DNA from: Leucoraja ocellata
Lineage: Eukaryota
NCBI GenBank assembly: GCA_036785375.1
Contig: JAWMAR010000242.1
Span: 558,001-622,000 of the forward strand
Length of the DNA stretch: 64,000 nucleotides
Direction of reading: 5' to 3'
The notes below the pieces were generated by a model that worked only from the letters and a program-made list of their open reading frames with translations, had not been told where the DNA came from and ran no database searches. Position 1 is the first letter of the stretch, and every line of letters starts with the position of its first letter. Position numbers and translations under genes: made by a program. Below are positions 11,327-24,497 of this stretch, piece by piece.

Positions 11327-14300
11327 TTCTCCGTGGAGCTGGAGACCACCACCCGACCCGTGGAGCTGGAGACCACCACCCGACCCGTGGAGCTGGAGAA
11401 CGCCACCCGACCCGTGGAGCTGGAGACCACCACCCGACCCGTGGAGCTGGAGAACGCCACCTGACCCGTGGAGCTGGAGACCACCACCCGACCCATGGAG
11501 CTGGAGAACGCCACCCGACCCGTGGAGCTGGAGACCACCACCCGACCCGTGGAGCTGGAGAACGCCAGGTAAGCCCCGGGGCTGGAGACCATCAGCAGAG
11601 CCGCGGGGCTGAAGACCGCCTGCGGAGTAAAGCAGACGCGGAGCAACGGAGCGGCAGAACACCAGCGCGCACCAAGCCAGCTCGGCCCACCAGAAGCACC
11701 AACAGACGGCGACGGGTACGAAAACACCGCCGGGGACGCAGAGGTGGGTTAAAGGCCAGGTTAGAGCTAGCCCCACACAGGGCAGCGATTCCTAGCCTTT
11801 TCCTCGCCAACGTGCGCTCACTGGCAAACAAAATGGATGAACTCCGGCTAAGGATCACCTCCCACAACCGGATCAAGGACTGCAACATCTTGATCTTCAC
11901 TGAAACTTGGCTCAACACTGACGTTCCTGACAGCGCCATCCAGCTATCGGGGCGTCATTTACTCCGAGCGGACAGGACATCAGACTCTGGTAAGACCAGA
12001 GGGGGGGGGGTCTGTGCATTTATGTAAACAAAGCATGGTGCACGGACTCCACCATCATCGAGAGTCACTGCTCAGCTAACCTTGAATTCCTCTTGGTTAG
12101 ATGCAGACCGTTCTATCTGCCCAGAGAGTTCACCTCCAATGTTGTGACTGCAGCCTATATCCCTCCTGATGCTAATGCCAAGCTTGCAATGAAAGAGCTG
12201 CATACTGCCATTAGCAAACAACAGACTCACAACCCCGAGGCAGCCTTCATTGTTGCGGGTGACTTCAATCACTCCAACCTGAAGACTGTACTCCCCAAAT
12301 TCCACCAACATGTATCCTTCCCCACTAGAGTAGACAAGACACTGGACAAAGTCTACACCAACATGGCTGAAGCTTACAAAGCCATCCCCCTCCCCCACCT
12401 TGGTCAGTCTGATCACGTCTCATTGTTCCTGCTCCCTAAGTACTCCCCACTCATCAGACGGGTTAAACCAACTGTAAGGACAGTTAAAGTCTGGTCAGAG
12501 GAAGCGGACTTCACACTTCAGCAGTGTTTTGGAAACACTGACTGGAAGGCGTTTGCAGCCCAGGCCACCCTTGACTCTCACACGGACATTGATTCCTATA
12601 CATCCTCTGTTCTGGACTTTATAAACTCCACCATCAATAGTGTCACCTCCCTCAAACAGGTGACCATATACCCGAATCAGAAGCCATGGATGAACAGCGA
12701 GGTCAGGCTACTGCTGAAAGCACGGGACACCGCTTTCAGGTCAGGCGATGCTCGAGCCTACAGTTCATCCAGGGCTAACCTGAAGAGGAGCATCAGGAAG
12801 GCCAAGCACTGCCATAAGCTCAGGATTGAGGAGCACTTCAACAACAACTCCGACCCCCGACGCATGTGGCAAGGCATCCAGGCCATCACGGACTACAGAC
12901 CCTCCAACATCACCCCCACATCCAGCGACGCCTCCTTCCTTGAGGAGCTTAATCACTTCTATGGCCGCTTCGACAGGGACAATCTAGAGACAGCCATCAA
13001 GGCTGTGCTACCTGCCGATCACCAACCCCTCACACTCACCCCCTACGACGTGTACGTGGCACTGAGTAGGACTAATGCACGTAAGGCTGCTGGCCCTGAC
13101 GGCATCCCCGGGCGCGTGCTCAGTGCCTGTGCTGCGCAGCTGACAGACGTCTGGACTGACATCTTCAACCTGTCACTTGCCCAAGCAGTTGTCCCCACTT
13201 GCCTTAAAGCCACCTCCATCGTGCCAGTGCCAAAACACTCCACTGCGGCAAGCCTCAACGACTTCCGCCCAGTTGCACTTACCCCCATCATCACCAAGTG
13301 CTTCGAGAGGCTGGTCCTGGCACACCTCAAAAGCTGCCTACCCCCACACTGGATCCCTATCAGTTTGCCTACCGCAAGAACAGGAGTACGGAGGATGCCA
13401 TCTCAACGGCACTTCACTCCGCCCTCTCCCACCTTGACAACAGAGACACTTATGTAAGAATGCTGTTCATCGATTACAGCTCAGCATTCAACACCATTAT
13501 TCCATCAAAACTGATCACCAAACTCGGTAACCTGGGCATCGACCCCTCCCTCTGCAACTGGATACTGGACTTTCTAACCAACAGACCCCAGTCTGTGAGG
13601 TTAGACAAGCACACCTCTTCAACCCTCACCCTGAACACCGGCATTCCTCAGGGCTGTGTGCTGAGCCCCCTCCTCTACTCCCTCTTCACCTATGACTGCA
13701 CACCTGTACATGGTACTAACACCATCATCAAGTATGCAGATGATACAACGGTGATTGGCCTCATCAGCAACAACGATGAGCTGGCCTACAGGGAGGAGGT
13801 CCAGCACTTAGCAGCATGGTGCGCTGACAACAACCTGGCCCTTAACTCCAAGAAGACCAAGGAGCTCATTGTAGACTTCAGGAAGTCCAGAGGCGGCACG
13901 CACACCCCCATCCACATTAACGGGACGGAGGTGGAACGTGTTTCTAGCTTCAGGTTCCTGGGAGTCAACATCTCCGATGACCTCTCTTGGACCCACAATA
14001 CCTCTACTCTGATCAAGAAGGCTCATCAGCGTCTCTTCTTCCTGAGGAGACTGAAGAAGGTCCATCTGTCTCCTCAGATCCTGGTGAACTTCTACCGCTG
14101 CACCATCGAGAGCATCCTTACCAACTGCATCACAGTATGGTATGGCAACTGCTCTGTCTCCGACCGGAAGGCACTGCAGAGGGTGGTGAAAATTGCCCAA
14201 CGCATCACCGGTTCCACGCTCCCCTCCATTGAGTCTGTCCAAAGCAAGCGCTGTCTGCGGAGGGCGCTCAGCATCGCCAAGGACTGCTCTCACCCCAACC

Positions 14301-14597
14301 ATGGACTGTTTCCCCTCCTACCATCCGGGAGGCGCTACAGGTCTCTCCGTTGCCGAACCAGCAGGTCGAGGAACAGCTTCTTTCCGGCGGCTGTCACTCT
14401 ACTAAACAACGTACCTCGGTGACTGCCAATCACCACCCCCCCCCCCCCCCCCCCCCCCCCCGACACTTATTATTTATTTTTTATTCAAATCGTTTGCTAT
14501 GTCGCTCTTCAAGGGAGATGCTAAATGCATTTCGTTGTCTCTGTACTGTACACTGACAATGACAATTAAAATTGAATCTGAATCTGAATCTGAATCT
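11327..14597 (+). mobile_element. Near full-length Rex1/Babar non-LTR retrotransposon (APE + RT), two homopolymer frameshifts
   Basis: ANVRSL, ETWL, GDFN and SDH endonuclease motifs; PQGCVLSP and YADD RT motifs; (CTGAAT)n tail. Absent from the paralogous site at ~22180. Confidence 0.95.
11331..11615 (+). repeat. 27-bp in-frame tandem repeat (RGAGDHHPT / RGAGERHPT), about 10 copies
   Basis: Directly visible in DNA and in ORF 11269..12027. Confidence 0.92.
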
Positions 14598-15432
14598 ATA
14601 AGCTTAGATAATTTACGGTGATGTTAAAATAGATGCAAGATGCAGTATTTCCATCATTGCAGGTTTCCATCTTTCTTTTAACGGAGAACCAAAGTGATTA
14701 ACTAGTCTAAAGAAGGGTTTCGGCCCAAAACGTTGCCTATTTCCTTCGCTCCATAGATGCTACAGCACCCACTGAGTTTCTCCAGCACTTTTGTCTACCT
14801 TCGATTCTCCAGCATCTGCAGTCTCTTCTTGAACACCAAAGTGATGATATCAGTTGATAATGTTTATTCAGAATTTTCATATACTTGTATTTTTTGTATA
14901 TTTGTTGCACAAAAAGTGGCGCAGCCCAGATCCGGAAGTGGAACTGAGAAAATATGTGACCTTAACCCAACTTGCCAACATGGATAACTTTATTCTGGAC
15001 TGCTACAGTCTCTGTAGGATTAATTCAGTTTTTGGTGAAGTCTGAAATAAATATAGATGTGTCCTCGCGCTTTAGAGCCGGCAGCATTTTGGGGTGTAAT
15101 TATTGTTGACATAGTGCAGCATATGAAGTGGATAGGTGCTTGAAACACATTGTGTAATGCACCAGAAGTATTTAGATAGGCATATGGATATGCAGAGAGT
15201 GGCGGGATGTGAATCATTTGCACATAGGTGAGATTGGTTTATCTTGGCATTCTATTTAGTAGAGAGATTGTGAGTGGAAAGGCATGTAACTGTACTGTAC
15301 ATTTCTATGGTCTATATAGTGCACAATTTGCAAGACTATTGTGGAGTGTACTCAGTGTAAGGTACAGAAGGTTGAGACAGATTGTGATTTAAGCAAATAC
15401 AGACGTTGGGCTTGACAGATGGATACGTGTTT

Positions 15433-18400
15433 CAGTATAAAGTATGGAGACGTAAGGCCTAATGTGACATAGAATTGTGCTTCAGTACTATAGTTATTTT
15501 ATTTTTTTAGTTTAGTGATTCAAAATATCATATAAATAAATACAGCCCATAAACAATGACATTGTCTATTATAGTAGATATAGGGGCGGCACAGTGGCAT
15601 AAAGGGCGACAGGCTGGCACAGTGGTAGAGCTGCTGCCTTACAGCACCATAGTGTATGTCCCTTCTCCATGTGACCGCGTGCGTTTTCTCCGGGTGCTCC
15701 GATTTCCTCCCACGTTCCAAAGACGTATAGGTCTGTTAATTGGCTTTGGAAACGAATGTAGATTGTCCCTAGTGTGTTGGATAGTGCTAGTGTATGGGCA
15801 CCACTGGTCGGCGTGGGCGCGGAGGTCCGAAGGGCTTGTTTCTACGCTGTGTCTCCAAACTAAACAAAACTAAATATGAGGAAAGAAAACACAATGCACT
15901 GTGAAAAGAGCGGTCCTTGTTCCCCATGACCATTATTCCCTTTTTATGTCCAGTGAGTTTAATGAATATGGAGGCTGGGTCTAACATGGTTTATGCGGGG
16001 CAAAGACAAGCTTAGATAATACAAGAAGTTGGAGAATATACCATCGTTTATATTATTTTTAGTGTGTTTTGAAATTTGTGCTAATGTTGTCTGGTTTGTT
16101 TTATGTGGGGGGTGAGGGAGGGGATCGGGGGAAAGTTTTGTTCAATCTCTTACCTTGCCGGAGATGCGATTGTTTTCCGGATCGTATCTCCGGTCGCTCT
16201 GCGGCCTAACATCATGGAGCTGGCGGCCTTGCTCAGGACTGACTTTGAGCCCCACCGCGGGTCGTGGACTTACATCGAAGCTGGTTCCTTGCCTGGGATC
16301 GATGCTCCAACCGCGGCCTACGGACTTTAACATCAAAGACCTCGCAATCTCGGGACGACCGACGTCGGGAAGCTCCAACGATACAGAAGATTTGACCAGC
16401 CTCGACCCGGGGGTCAGATCGCCCGGCGCGGGGAGCTGAGATCCCCCCGATGCAGGAGCTTGATCGCCCTCACGCGGAGGGACCGCCGCCGGCTACGGGA
16501 GTCAAGATCAACGGAAGCTCGAGGCCCCCGACCGCGGGAGAACAAAGAAGGGACGAGATTGTGGAGGAGTCACTGTGGTGGATGTTCATGTTAAAATGTA
16601 TTTTGTGTGCTCTGTTGATTTTTATTGGTATGACTGGATGGCAAATCAAATTCCTCGTATGTTGCAAAACATACTTGGCTAATAAAGTATAATTATGATT
16701 ATGATATTGTGAGTAAATAAACAACATGATATAAACGCGTAAAATGCATGTTGCCTCTGATTGTGGTGAATACAGGAAACAGACTAAATATATATGCACG
16801 TGCAGAGATTTATTGAATATTGGCTGTAACGGGACCTTAGGAAGGCAATGTTTGTGCCGAACATTAAGCCCAATTAAACTGATCTGCCTGTCCTGATCCA
16901 TATCCTTGTGTCCCTGCGTTTCCCTGTACCTACAATGAGCCTCTTAAACACCGCTATCATATCCACCCACACCACCATCATGCGTTCCTGCTCCGTACCA
17001 CACTCCGTATAAAATACTTGCCTCGCCCATCTGCATTCAATGTTCTCCCTCACACCTTATAGCTACGTCTTCTAGCGTTGGACATTTCCATCCTGGAAAA
17101 TGATACTGACTGTCTACCCTATCAATGACTCATCATTGTATACACTTCTATCAAGTTCGTAACAAGGACAGATTCCCCCTTGTCCTCGGCTTCCACCCCA
17201 TCAGCTGCCGCATATAGCACATAATCCTCCAACATTTTCGCCACCTCCAACAGGATTCCACTACTAGCCACATCTTCCCATCTCCACCCCTTTCTGCTTT
17301 CCGCAGAGACAGCTCCCATCGCAAATCCTTGGCCAACTCCTCCCTTCCCACCCAAGCCATCCAGGTACTTTTCCCTGCAACACCTGTCCCTATACCTCCC
17401 CATCAACTCCATCCAAGGATCCCAGCAGTTTTGTCAGGTGAGGCAGAGTTTCACTCACCTCCTTCAACCTCATCTACTGTATCCACTGTTCCAGGGGTGG
17501 ATTCTTGTATATCGGCGAGACCAAGCGTAGGTTCAGCGATCATTTTGTAGAACACCTCCGCTCAGTCCGCCTAAACTTACTTGATTTCCCGGATGCTCAA
17601 CACTTTAACTCACCCTCCCATACCCACACTGACGTTTCTGTCCTGGGCCTCCTCCATTGTCAGTGCAAATTGGAGGATCAGTACTTCATATGTTGCTTGG
17701 ACAGCTTACACCCCAGCGGTATGAACATTGACTTCTCTAACATCAAGCAGCTCTTGCTTTTCCTCTCTGGCCATTCCCTTCCCCTTCCCAGTTCTCCCAC
17801 CGGTCTTGCTGGCTCCAACTACATTTTAACTCTGTACCGCCCACTCCCCTGACATCAGTCTGAAGAAGCCTGAAATGTTACCCATTCCAGGCCCGTACGA
17901 AGCTTTTCAAAAAAGGTGGTAGCATGACAGGATTACAAAAACTTAAGGTGAAATAAGCCGAGCCCTGGAAGCTCAGGGGTTTTAGATGCTCTCTGATGCA
18001 TTCTGAGCCTTATTTTGGAGCTTTTTTTTGCACCAAATTTATGACCAATATTTCAGAAATCAACAGGAATCAGAGAGGTAGCTTTTTCACATGAAGGGTG
18101 CTGGGTGTATGTAACGAGCTGCCAGAGGAGGTAGTTAAGGCTGGGACTATCCTAATGTTTAAGAGACATTTGGACATGTACATGGATAGGACAGATTTGG
18201 ATGGATATGGGCCAAACGCGTGTGATTGGGACTAGTTTAGATGGGACATGTTTGTCGGTGTGGGCAAGTTGGGCTGAAGGGCCTGTTTCCACACTGCATC
18301 ATTCTATGACTAAAAAGTAAAGGAAAATGTAGATAAGTAGTGCAGATTTGAAAGAGGAGTGAAATGTAAAGGCAGAGAGGTTTATGGGTGGAAAGGAACA

Positions 18401-21400
18401 TAGGAAAGGAGGGGGGAGAGTGGGTTTGGGCAGATGGGTGAAGGGAAATTAGTCACAGAGTGCTGGAGTAACTCAGTGGGTCAGGCAGCATCTGCAGAGA
18501 ATATGAATAAGCGACGTGTCACAGAGTGCTGGAGTAACTCAGCGGGTCTGGCAGCATCTCTGAAGAACATGGATAGGTGACATGTCACAGAGTGCTGGAG
18601 TAACTCAGTGAGTCAGGCAGCATCTGTGGAGAACAGGGATAGGTGACATGTCACAGAGTGCTGGAGTAACTCAGTGGGTCAGGCAGCATCTCTGGAGAAA
18701 AGGTATGGATTATATTTCGGGTCAAGACCGTTCTTCAGTAATATTCATGATGTGACATGCATAGACATTCCTGAATGTTACCCAAACTATCGTGAGCTAC
18801 TTTGTTACGGTGCTTGCCCTCTCCTATAACGTCTCTGCTGCCTTGGGTGATGCAGGACAGGACACAAGCTTTGGGACATGGTGTGAAGCTGTTGCCGTCT
18901 GTCCCAGCTGGTGAAAAACCTGGATGGCGTTGATGTGGAGAGGATGCTTCCACTAGTGGGAGAGTCTAGGACCAGTGGCCACAGCCTCAGAATTAAAAGA
19001 CATTCCTTTAGGAAGTAGATGAGCAGGAATTTCTTAAGTCAGAGAGTTGGGAACTGTCAAATTAATTGCCACAGACAGCTGTGGAGGTCAAGTCAATGGA
19101 CATTTTTCAGGAGGAGATTGATAGATTCTTGATGGCTACGGCTGTCGGAGGTAATGGGGAGAAGGCAGGAGAATGGGTTTGAGAGGGAAAGATAGATAGA
19201 GTCATAGAGTGATACAGTGTGGAAAAAGCCCCTTCGGCCCAGCATGTCCCATCTACACTAGTCCCACCTGCCCACGTTTGATCCATATCCCTCCGAACCT
19301 GTCCTATCCATGTACCTGTCTAACTGTTTCTTAAATGTTGCGATAGTCCCTGCCTCCACTACCTCCTCTGGCAGCTTGTTCCATACACCTACCACCCTTT
19401 GTGTGAAAAACATACCCTACAGATTCCTATTAAATCTTTTGCCCTTCACCTTAAACCTATGTCCTCTGCTCCTCGATTCACCTACTCTGGGTAAAAGACT
19501 CAACCATATATATTCAATCATGATTTTATACACCTCTATTAGATCATCCCTCATCCTCCTGTGCTCCATGAAATAGAGTCCCAGCCTACTCAACCTCTCC
19601 CTATAACTCTGGCCCTCTCGTCCTGGCAACATCCTCGTAAATCTTCACTGTTCTCTTTCCAGTTTGATGACATGTTTCCTATAACATGGTGCCCAGAACT
19701 GAATACAATACTCTGAATGCGGCCTCACCAACTTCTTATGCAACTGCAACATGACCTCCCAACGTCTATACTCAGCCTGACCCGCTGAGTTACTCCAGCA
19801 CTCTGTGAAACGTCACGGAACAGAGCAAGATTAACAAGTTTGCTGATGATATAGAAGTGAGTGGTTTTGCAGATAGTGAAGATGGTTGTGAAAGATTGCA
19901 GCAGGATCTGGATCAATTAGCCAGGTGGGCAGAGTGATGGTTGCATGGTTCCTTGAAGGTCGTGTCGCAGGTATATCAGGTGGTAAAAAAGTATTTTGGC
20001 ACTTTGGCCTTCATCAGTCAGAGTATTGAGTATAGAATGTTTAAGAGGGAACTGCAGATGCTGGAAAATCGTAGGTTACACAGAAAAGCTGGAGAAACTC
20101 AGCGGGTGCAGCAGCATCTATGGAGCGAAGGAAATAGGCAACGTTTCGGGCCGAAACCCTTCTTCAGACTGAAGAAGGGTTTCGGCCCGAAACGTTGCCT
20201 ATTTCCTTCGCTCCATAGATGCTGCTGCACCCGCTGAGTTTCTCCAGCTTTTCTGTGTAACCTATTGAGTATAGAAGTTGGGAGGTTATGTAGCAGTTGT
20301 ATAAGACGTTGGTGAGACCGCATTTAGAATATTGTGTTCAGTTCTGGGCACCATGTTATAGGAAAGATGTCAAACTGAAAAGAGTACAGAGATCCCCATC
20401 CTGGATCAGTCCAATCAGGGTTGTGTCATCCACAAACTTGAGAAGCTTGACAGAGGTGTCTGTGGAGGTGCAGTCGTTGGTGTGGCGAGAGTAGAGGAGA
20501 GGGGAGAGTACGCATCTTGCGGTGCTCCTATGCTGAGCGTTTGTGGGTGATATGCTTTCCCGCCTCACATGCTGCTTCCTGTCTGTCAGAAAGCTGGTGA
20601 TCCACCGACAGAGGGGTTCAGGCACAGTCAACTCAGAAAGTTTGGAGCGTAGTAGCTCTGGCACAATGGTGTTGAATGCAGAGCTAAAATCAAAATACAA
20701 AATCCTCGCATAGGTCCCCTGGCGGTCTAGGTGCTGGAGGATGAAGTGCAGGCCCAGATTGACTGCGTCATCCACATATCTATTGGCACAATATGCAAAA
20801 TGCAGAGTTTCCAGCAGAGGGATTGTGATATTTTTCAGCTTGGCCAGCACAAGCCTTTCAACGGTCTTCATGACTACAGAGGTCAATGCGACTAGCCTGT
20901 AGTCATTAAGACCAGTAATCCTTACCTTTTTGGGTACAGGGACAATAGTGGAGACTTTGAAGCAAGCAGGGACAGTACATCTTTGCAGGGACTGGTTAAA
21001 AATGAGTAATTGGGTGTGAAGTGCTGATTGGAATGGGGTGGGTGTAGAAGGGCCCAGTCTTTGCAGACTGAGATCAGGCTGTGAGTGTGTGTGAGATGTT
21101 GGGTGGGGTGGGAAAGAGTCCACACTTTTCATACTGGAGTCTTGCCTTAAGTAGGTGTGAAGTGGTGAATGGGAAGGAGAGGGAGCAGGGTCCATTCTTT
21201 ACAGACTGGGGTCTGGCTGTGTTGTTGGACAAGGGGTACCAGGGTTACGTTTCTGACTTTCAAACTTGCAATAAAACTCATTCAGGTCGTTCGTCAGCTG
21301 ACGATTGTCCAAAGAGCGGGGGGGCTTTCTTCTTCTCGGGGGTCAGCAGGGGTGGCGTGGGCCCAGCAAGGGTGGCGTGGGCCCAGCAAGGGTGGCGTGG

Positions 21401-23004
21401 GCCCAACGGGGGTGGCGTGGCTTGTCAATGTCTAGCGCATTATTTTACTACATTTTCTCTGGTGATTCAGCGTACTTTCATAAGTTCAGATATTCATGAA
21501 TCATAGCAACATAATTGTATCATTCGGCCCGTCGAGTCTACTCTGCCATTCAATCGCCGCTGACTTATCTTTCTCTCTCGTACCCATTCTGCTGCCTTTC
21601 CGCCAAAGCCCTTGACTCCCTAACTAAACACAAATCTGCCAATCTCCACTTTAAAACAGAACCATATAACTTGGCCTCCACGGCTGCCTATGGCAATGAA
21701 TTCCACAGATTCACCGCTGATTAAACAAATTCCTCATTTCCTTTCTAAGTCTATGTACTTTTACACTGAGGCTGTGCTCTCTTGTCCTAGACTTTCCAAT
21801 GAGTGGAAACATCCTCTCCACATCAACCCTCCTCGGGCCTTTCAATCTTCAATCAGTCGCAATAAGGTCTCACCACATCCTTTTAAAGTCCAGCGTGCAT
21901 CGGCCTAGCGCTGTCAAACGCTCATCAAAGGTTACCCCAATCGTCCCCGGGATCATTATTCTAAGCCTCATCGGATCCCTCTCCGTCCAGCTTATCCCTC
22001 CTCAGATACTGTATGGGCCCAAACTCGGCTCAACATTTTCCATATCCTTGTTGGCCAATTCTACCAACCTGTCCAGTTCATCTGCAGGCTCCCTGCTTCC
22101 TCTACACTACCTGTCCTTCTACCTATGAACATATCATCTGCTAACATGGCCACAAAGTCAAGTGCTTTGAGATTTTCTGCATCTATAAACTTAGATAATT
22201 TACGGTAATGTTAAAATAGATGCAAGATGCAGTATTTCCATCATTGCAGGTTTCCATCTTTCTTTTAACAGAGAACCAAAGTGATTAACCAGTCTGAAAA
22301 AGGGTTTCGACCCAAAACGTTGCCTATTTCCTTCGCTCCATAGATGCTACAGCACCCACTGAGATTCTCCAGCACTTTTGTCTACCTTCGATTCTCCAGC
22401 ATCTGCAGTCTATTCTTAAACACCAAAGTGATGAGATCAGTTGATAATGTTTATTCAGAATTTTCAAATAATTGCTGTATTTTTTGTATATTTGTTGCAC
22501 AAAAAGTGGCGCAGCCCAGATCCGGGAGTGGAACTGAGAAAATATGTGACCTTAACCCAACTTGCCAACACGGATAACTTTATTCTGGACTGCTACAGTC
22601 TCTGTAGGACTAATTCAGTTTTTGGTGAAGTCTGAAATAAATATAGATGTGTCCTCGTGCTTTAGAGCCGGTGGCATTTTGGGGTGTAATTATTGTTGAC
22701 ATAGTGCAGCATAAGAAGTGGATAGGTGCTTGAAACACATTGTGTAATGCACCAGAAGTATTTAGACAGGCATATAGATATGCAGAGAGTGGCGGGATGT
22801 GAATCATTTGCACGTAGGTGAGATTGGTTTATCTTGGCATTATATATAGTAGAGAGATTGTGAATTGAAAGGCATGTAACTACTGTACATTTCTATGGTC
22901 TATATAGTGTCTTTGCAATACTATTGTGGAGTGCTACAGAAGGTTGAGGCAGATTGTGATTTAAGCAAATACAGACGTTGGGCTCGACAGATGGGTGCGT
23001 GTTT
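15433..23004 (+). repeat. Tandem segmental duplication copy B
   Basis: Collinear with 1-5450 and 10555-15432; lacks the Rex1 insert and most of A 5450-10555. Confidence 0.93.
20038..20264. mobile_element. Penelope-derived insertion forming a perfect palindrome (96-bp arms) with a 14-bp TSD
   Basis: 20072-20167 is the exact reverse complement of 20169-20264. TATTGAGTATAGAA at 20024 and 20263; empty site at 4379. Confidence 0.93.
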
Positions 23005-23219
23005 CAATATAAAGTATGGAGACGTAAGGCCTAACGTGACATAGAATTGTGCTTCAGAACATGGTACTATAGTTATATTATTTTTTTGTTTAGTGATTCA
23101 AAATATCATATAAATAAATACAGCCCATAAACAATGACGTTGTCTATTATAGTAGATATAGGGGCGGCACAGTGGCATATGGGGTGACAGGCTGGCACAG
23201 TGGTAGAGCTGCTGCCTTA

Positions 23220-24497
23220 AGGGCCTGTCCCACGAGCATGCGACAGCATGCGGCAAGCGTGACCAATCCGGAAGCGGGGGCCGCGCGGAGGTCGAGTGAT
23301 CCCGTACGGGTTGACATGAAGTTTGAGCGAAGTACGCGGGAAGTTCGCGCTAGTCGTACGCCGTCAAGATTCTACGTACGCCATCAAAACGCTGCGTATG
23401 GCATCGAGACGCTGCACACGTCCGTCGAGGCGGTGCACGGAATTTTGGATAGTGTCAATTTTCCGGAGCTTCGCGCGATGTCGGGACCAGCTCCGCACAA
23501 CTCAATACGGCTCCAGTGATCAAAGTGGGACCGGCCCCGCGAGGCCATATGGCTCAAGCGACCATGTTGATGGTAAGATGGCGGACTGCGGGGGTGATGC
23601 GCCGTTGTGTATGGCTGCTCCTCCTGCAGTCCATCCTTTCACCCTTTTTTATTTTTATTTTTAGTCCTGTTCGTATAAGGTGTTTCTTGGAGGTCTTCTT
23701 TTATGTGGTGGGTGGGGGAGGGGAAGGGGGAAACTATTTTAACCCCAGTCCTACCTGGTCGGAGATGCGGTTTTTCTCCGAATCGCATCTTCGTCCTCTC
23801 TGTGCGGCCTACAGTCGAACTGGAGCAGCGCTGTAGCGGCGTTACCTGCGGGGACTGCAGCTTCGCCGGCGGTGTAGATGCTGGGACATCTACAAGGAGC
23901 GGGCGATGCCTTACCGGGTCGCCTTGCGGTAAGCTCCGGGGCACTGTGACCGTCGACAGCACTGCGGAGCCTGGGATCAGAGATCGACAGAGTCGGAGGT
24001 TCGGCCGGCGCGGCCTGTGAACTTTGGTCGTTGCAGTCTTCGGGGGGGAAGCGGCCGCTTCAGTCCAAGCCGCTGATGGATGTTCACCGATGCCGATGAT
24101 CCAGCTTTGCGGCAGGAGGGCCTGAGAACACCGGGTTGGCTGTGGAGGCCAGATATAGGCCCCGACCTCGGGTGGACTATGAGGGGGAGAACTGGATATT
24201 TTTGGTGCCTTCCCTCACAGTGAATTCTGCTGTGGGGGGACGTTTCATGTTGATTTCTATAGTGTACTGTTTCTGTGTCTTTTTTCTTTTTCTCTTTTTT
24301 TTTCTCTTTTTTGATTTGTATGGATTTATTGCATTGATCTGTTCAATTAATTTAATCAATCTCTGTAAAGCACTTTGGTTCAAATACTGGTTTTATTGAA
24401 AAGTGCTATATAAATAAACATTATTATTATTATTATTATTATTATTATGTTAGGTCGCGCTTGCCGCATGCAGTCGCATGCTCGTGGGACAGGCCCT
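23220..24497. mobile_element. PIF/Harbinger-like non-autonomous DNA transposon (MITE) carrying a nested retroelement
   Basis: ~45-bp TIRs AGGGCCTGTCCCACGAGCATGCGAC…; TTA/TAA flanks; interrupts the SINE that is intact in copies A and B. Confidence 0.85.
23572..24447 (+). mobile_element. GC-rich non-autonomous retroelement with an L2-type 3' tail
   Basis: Starts AAGATGGCGG; ends TGTAAAGCACTTTG…AAGTGCTATATAAATAAA(ATT)n. Confidence 0.65.

Larger units (their letters stand above)
1..15432 (+). repeat. Tandem segmental duplication copy A (probably begins before the window)
   Basis: CAGTATAAAGTATGGAGACGTAAGGCC recurs at ~3, 15433 and ~23005; collinear near-identical ORF-track peptides. Confidence 0.93.
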
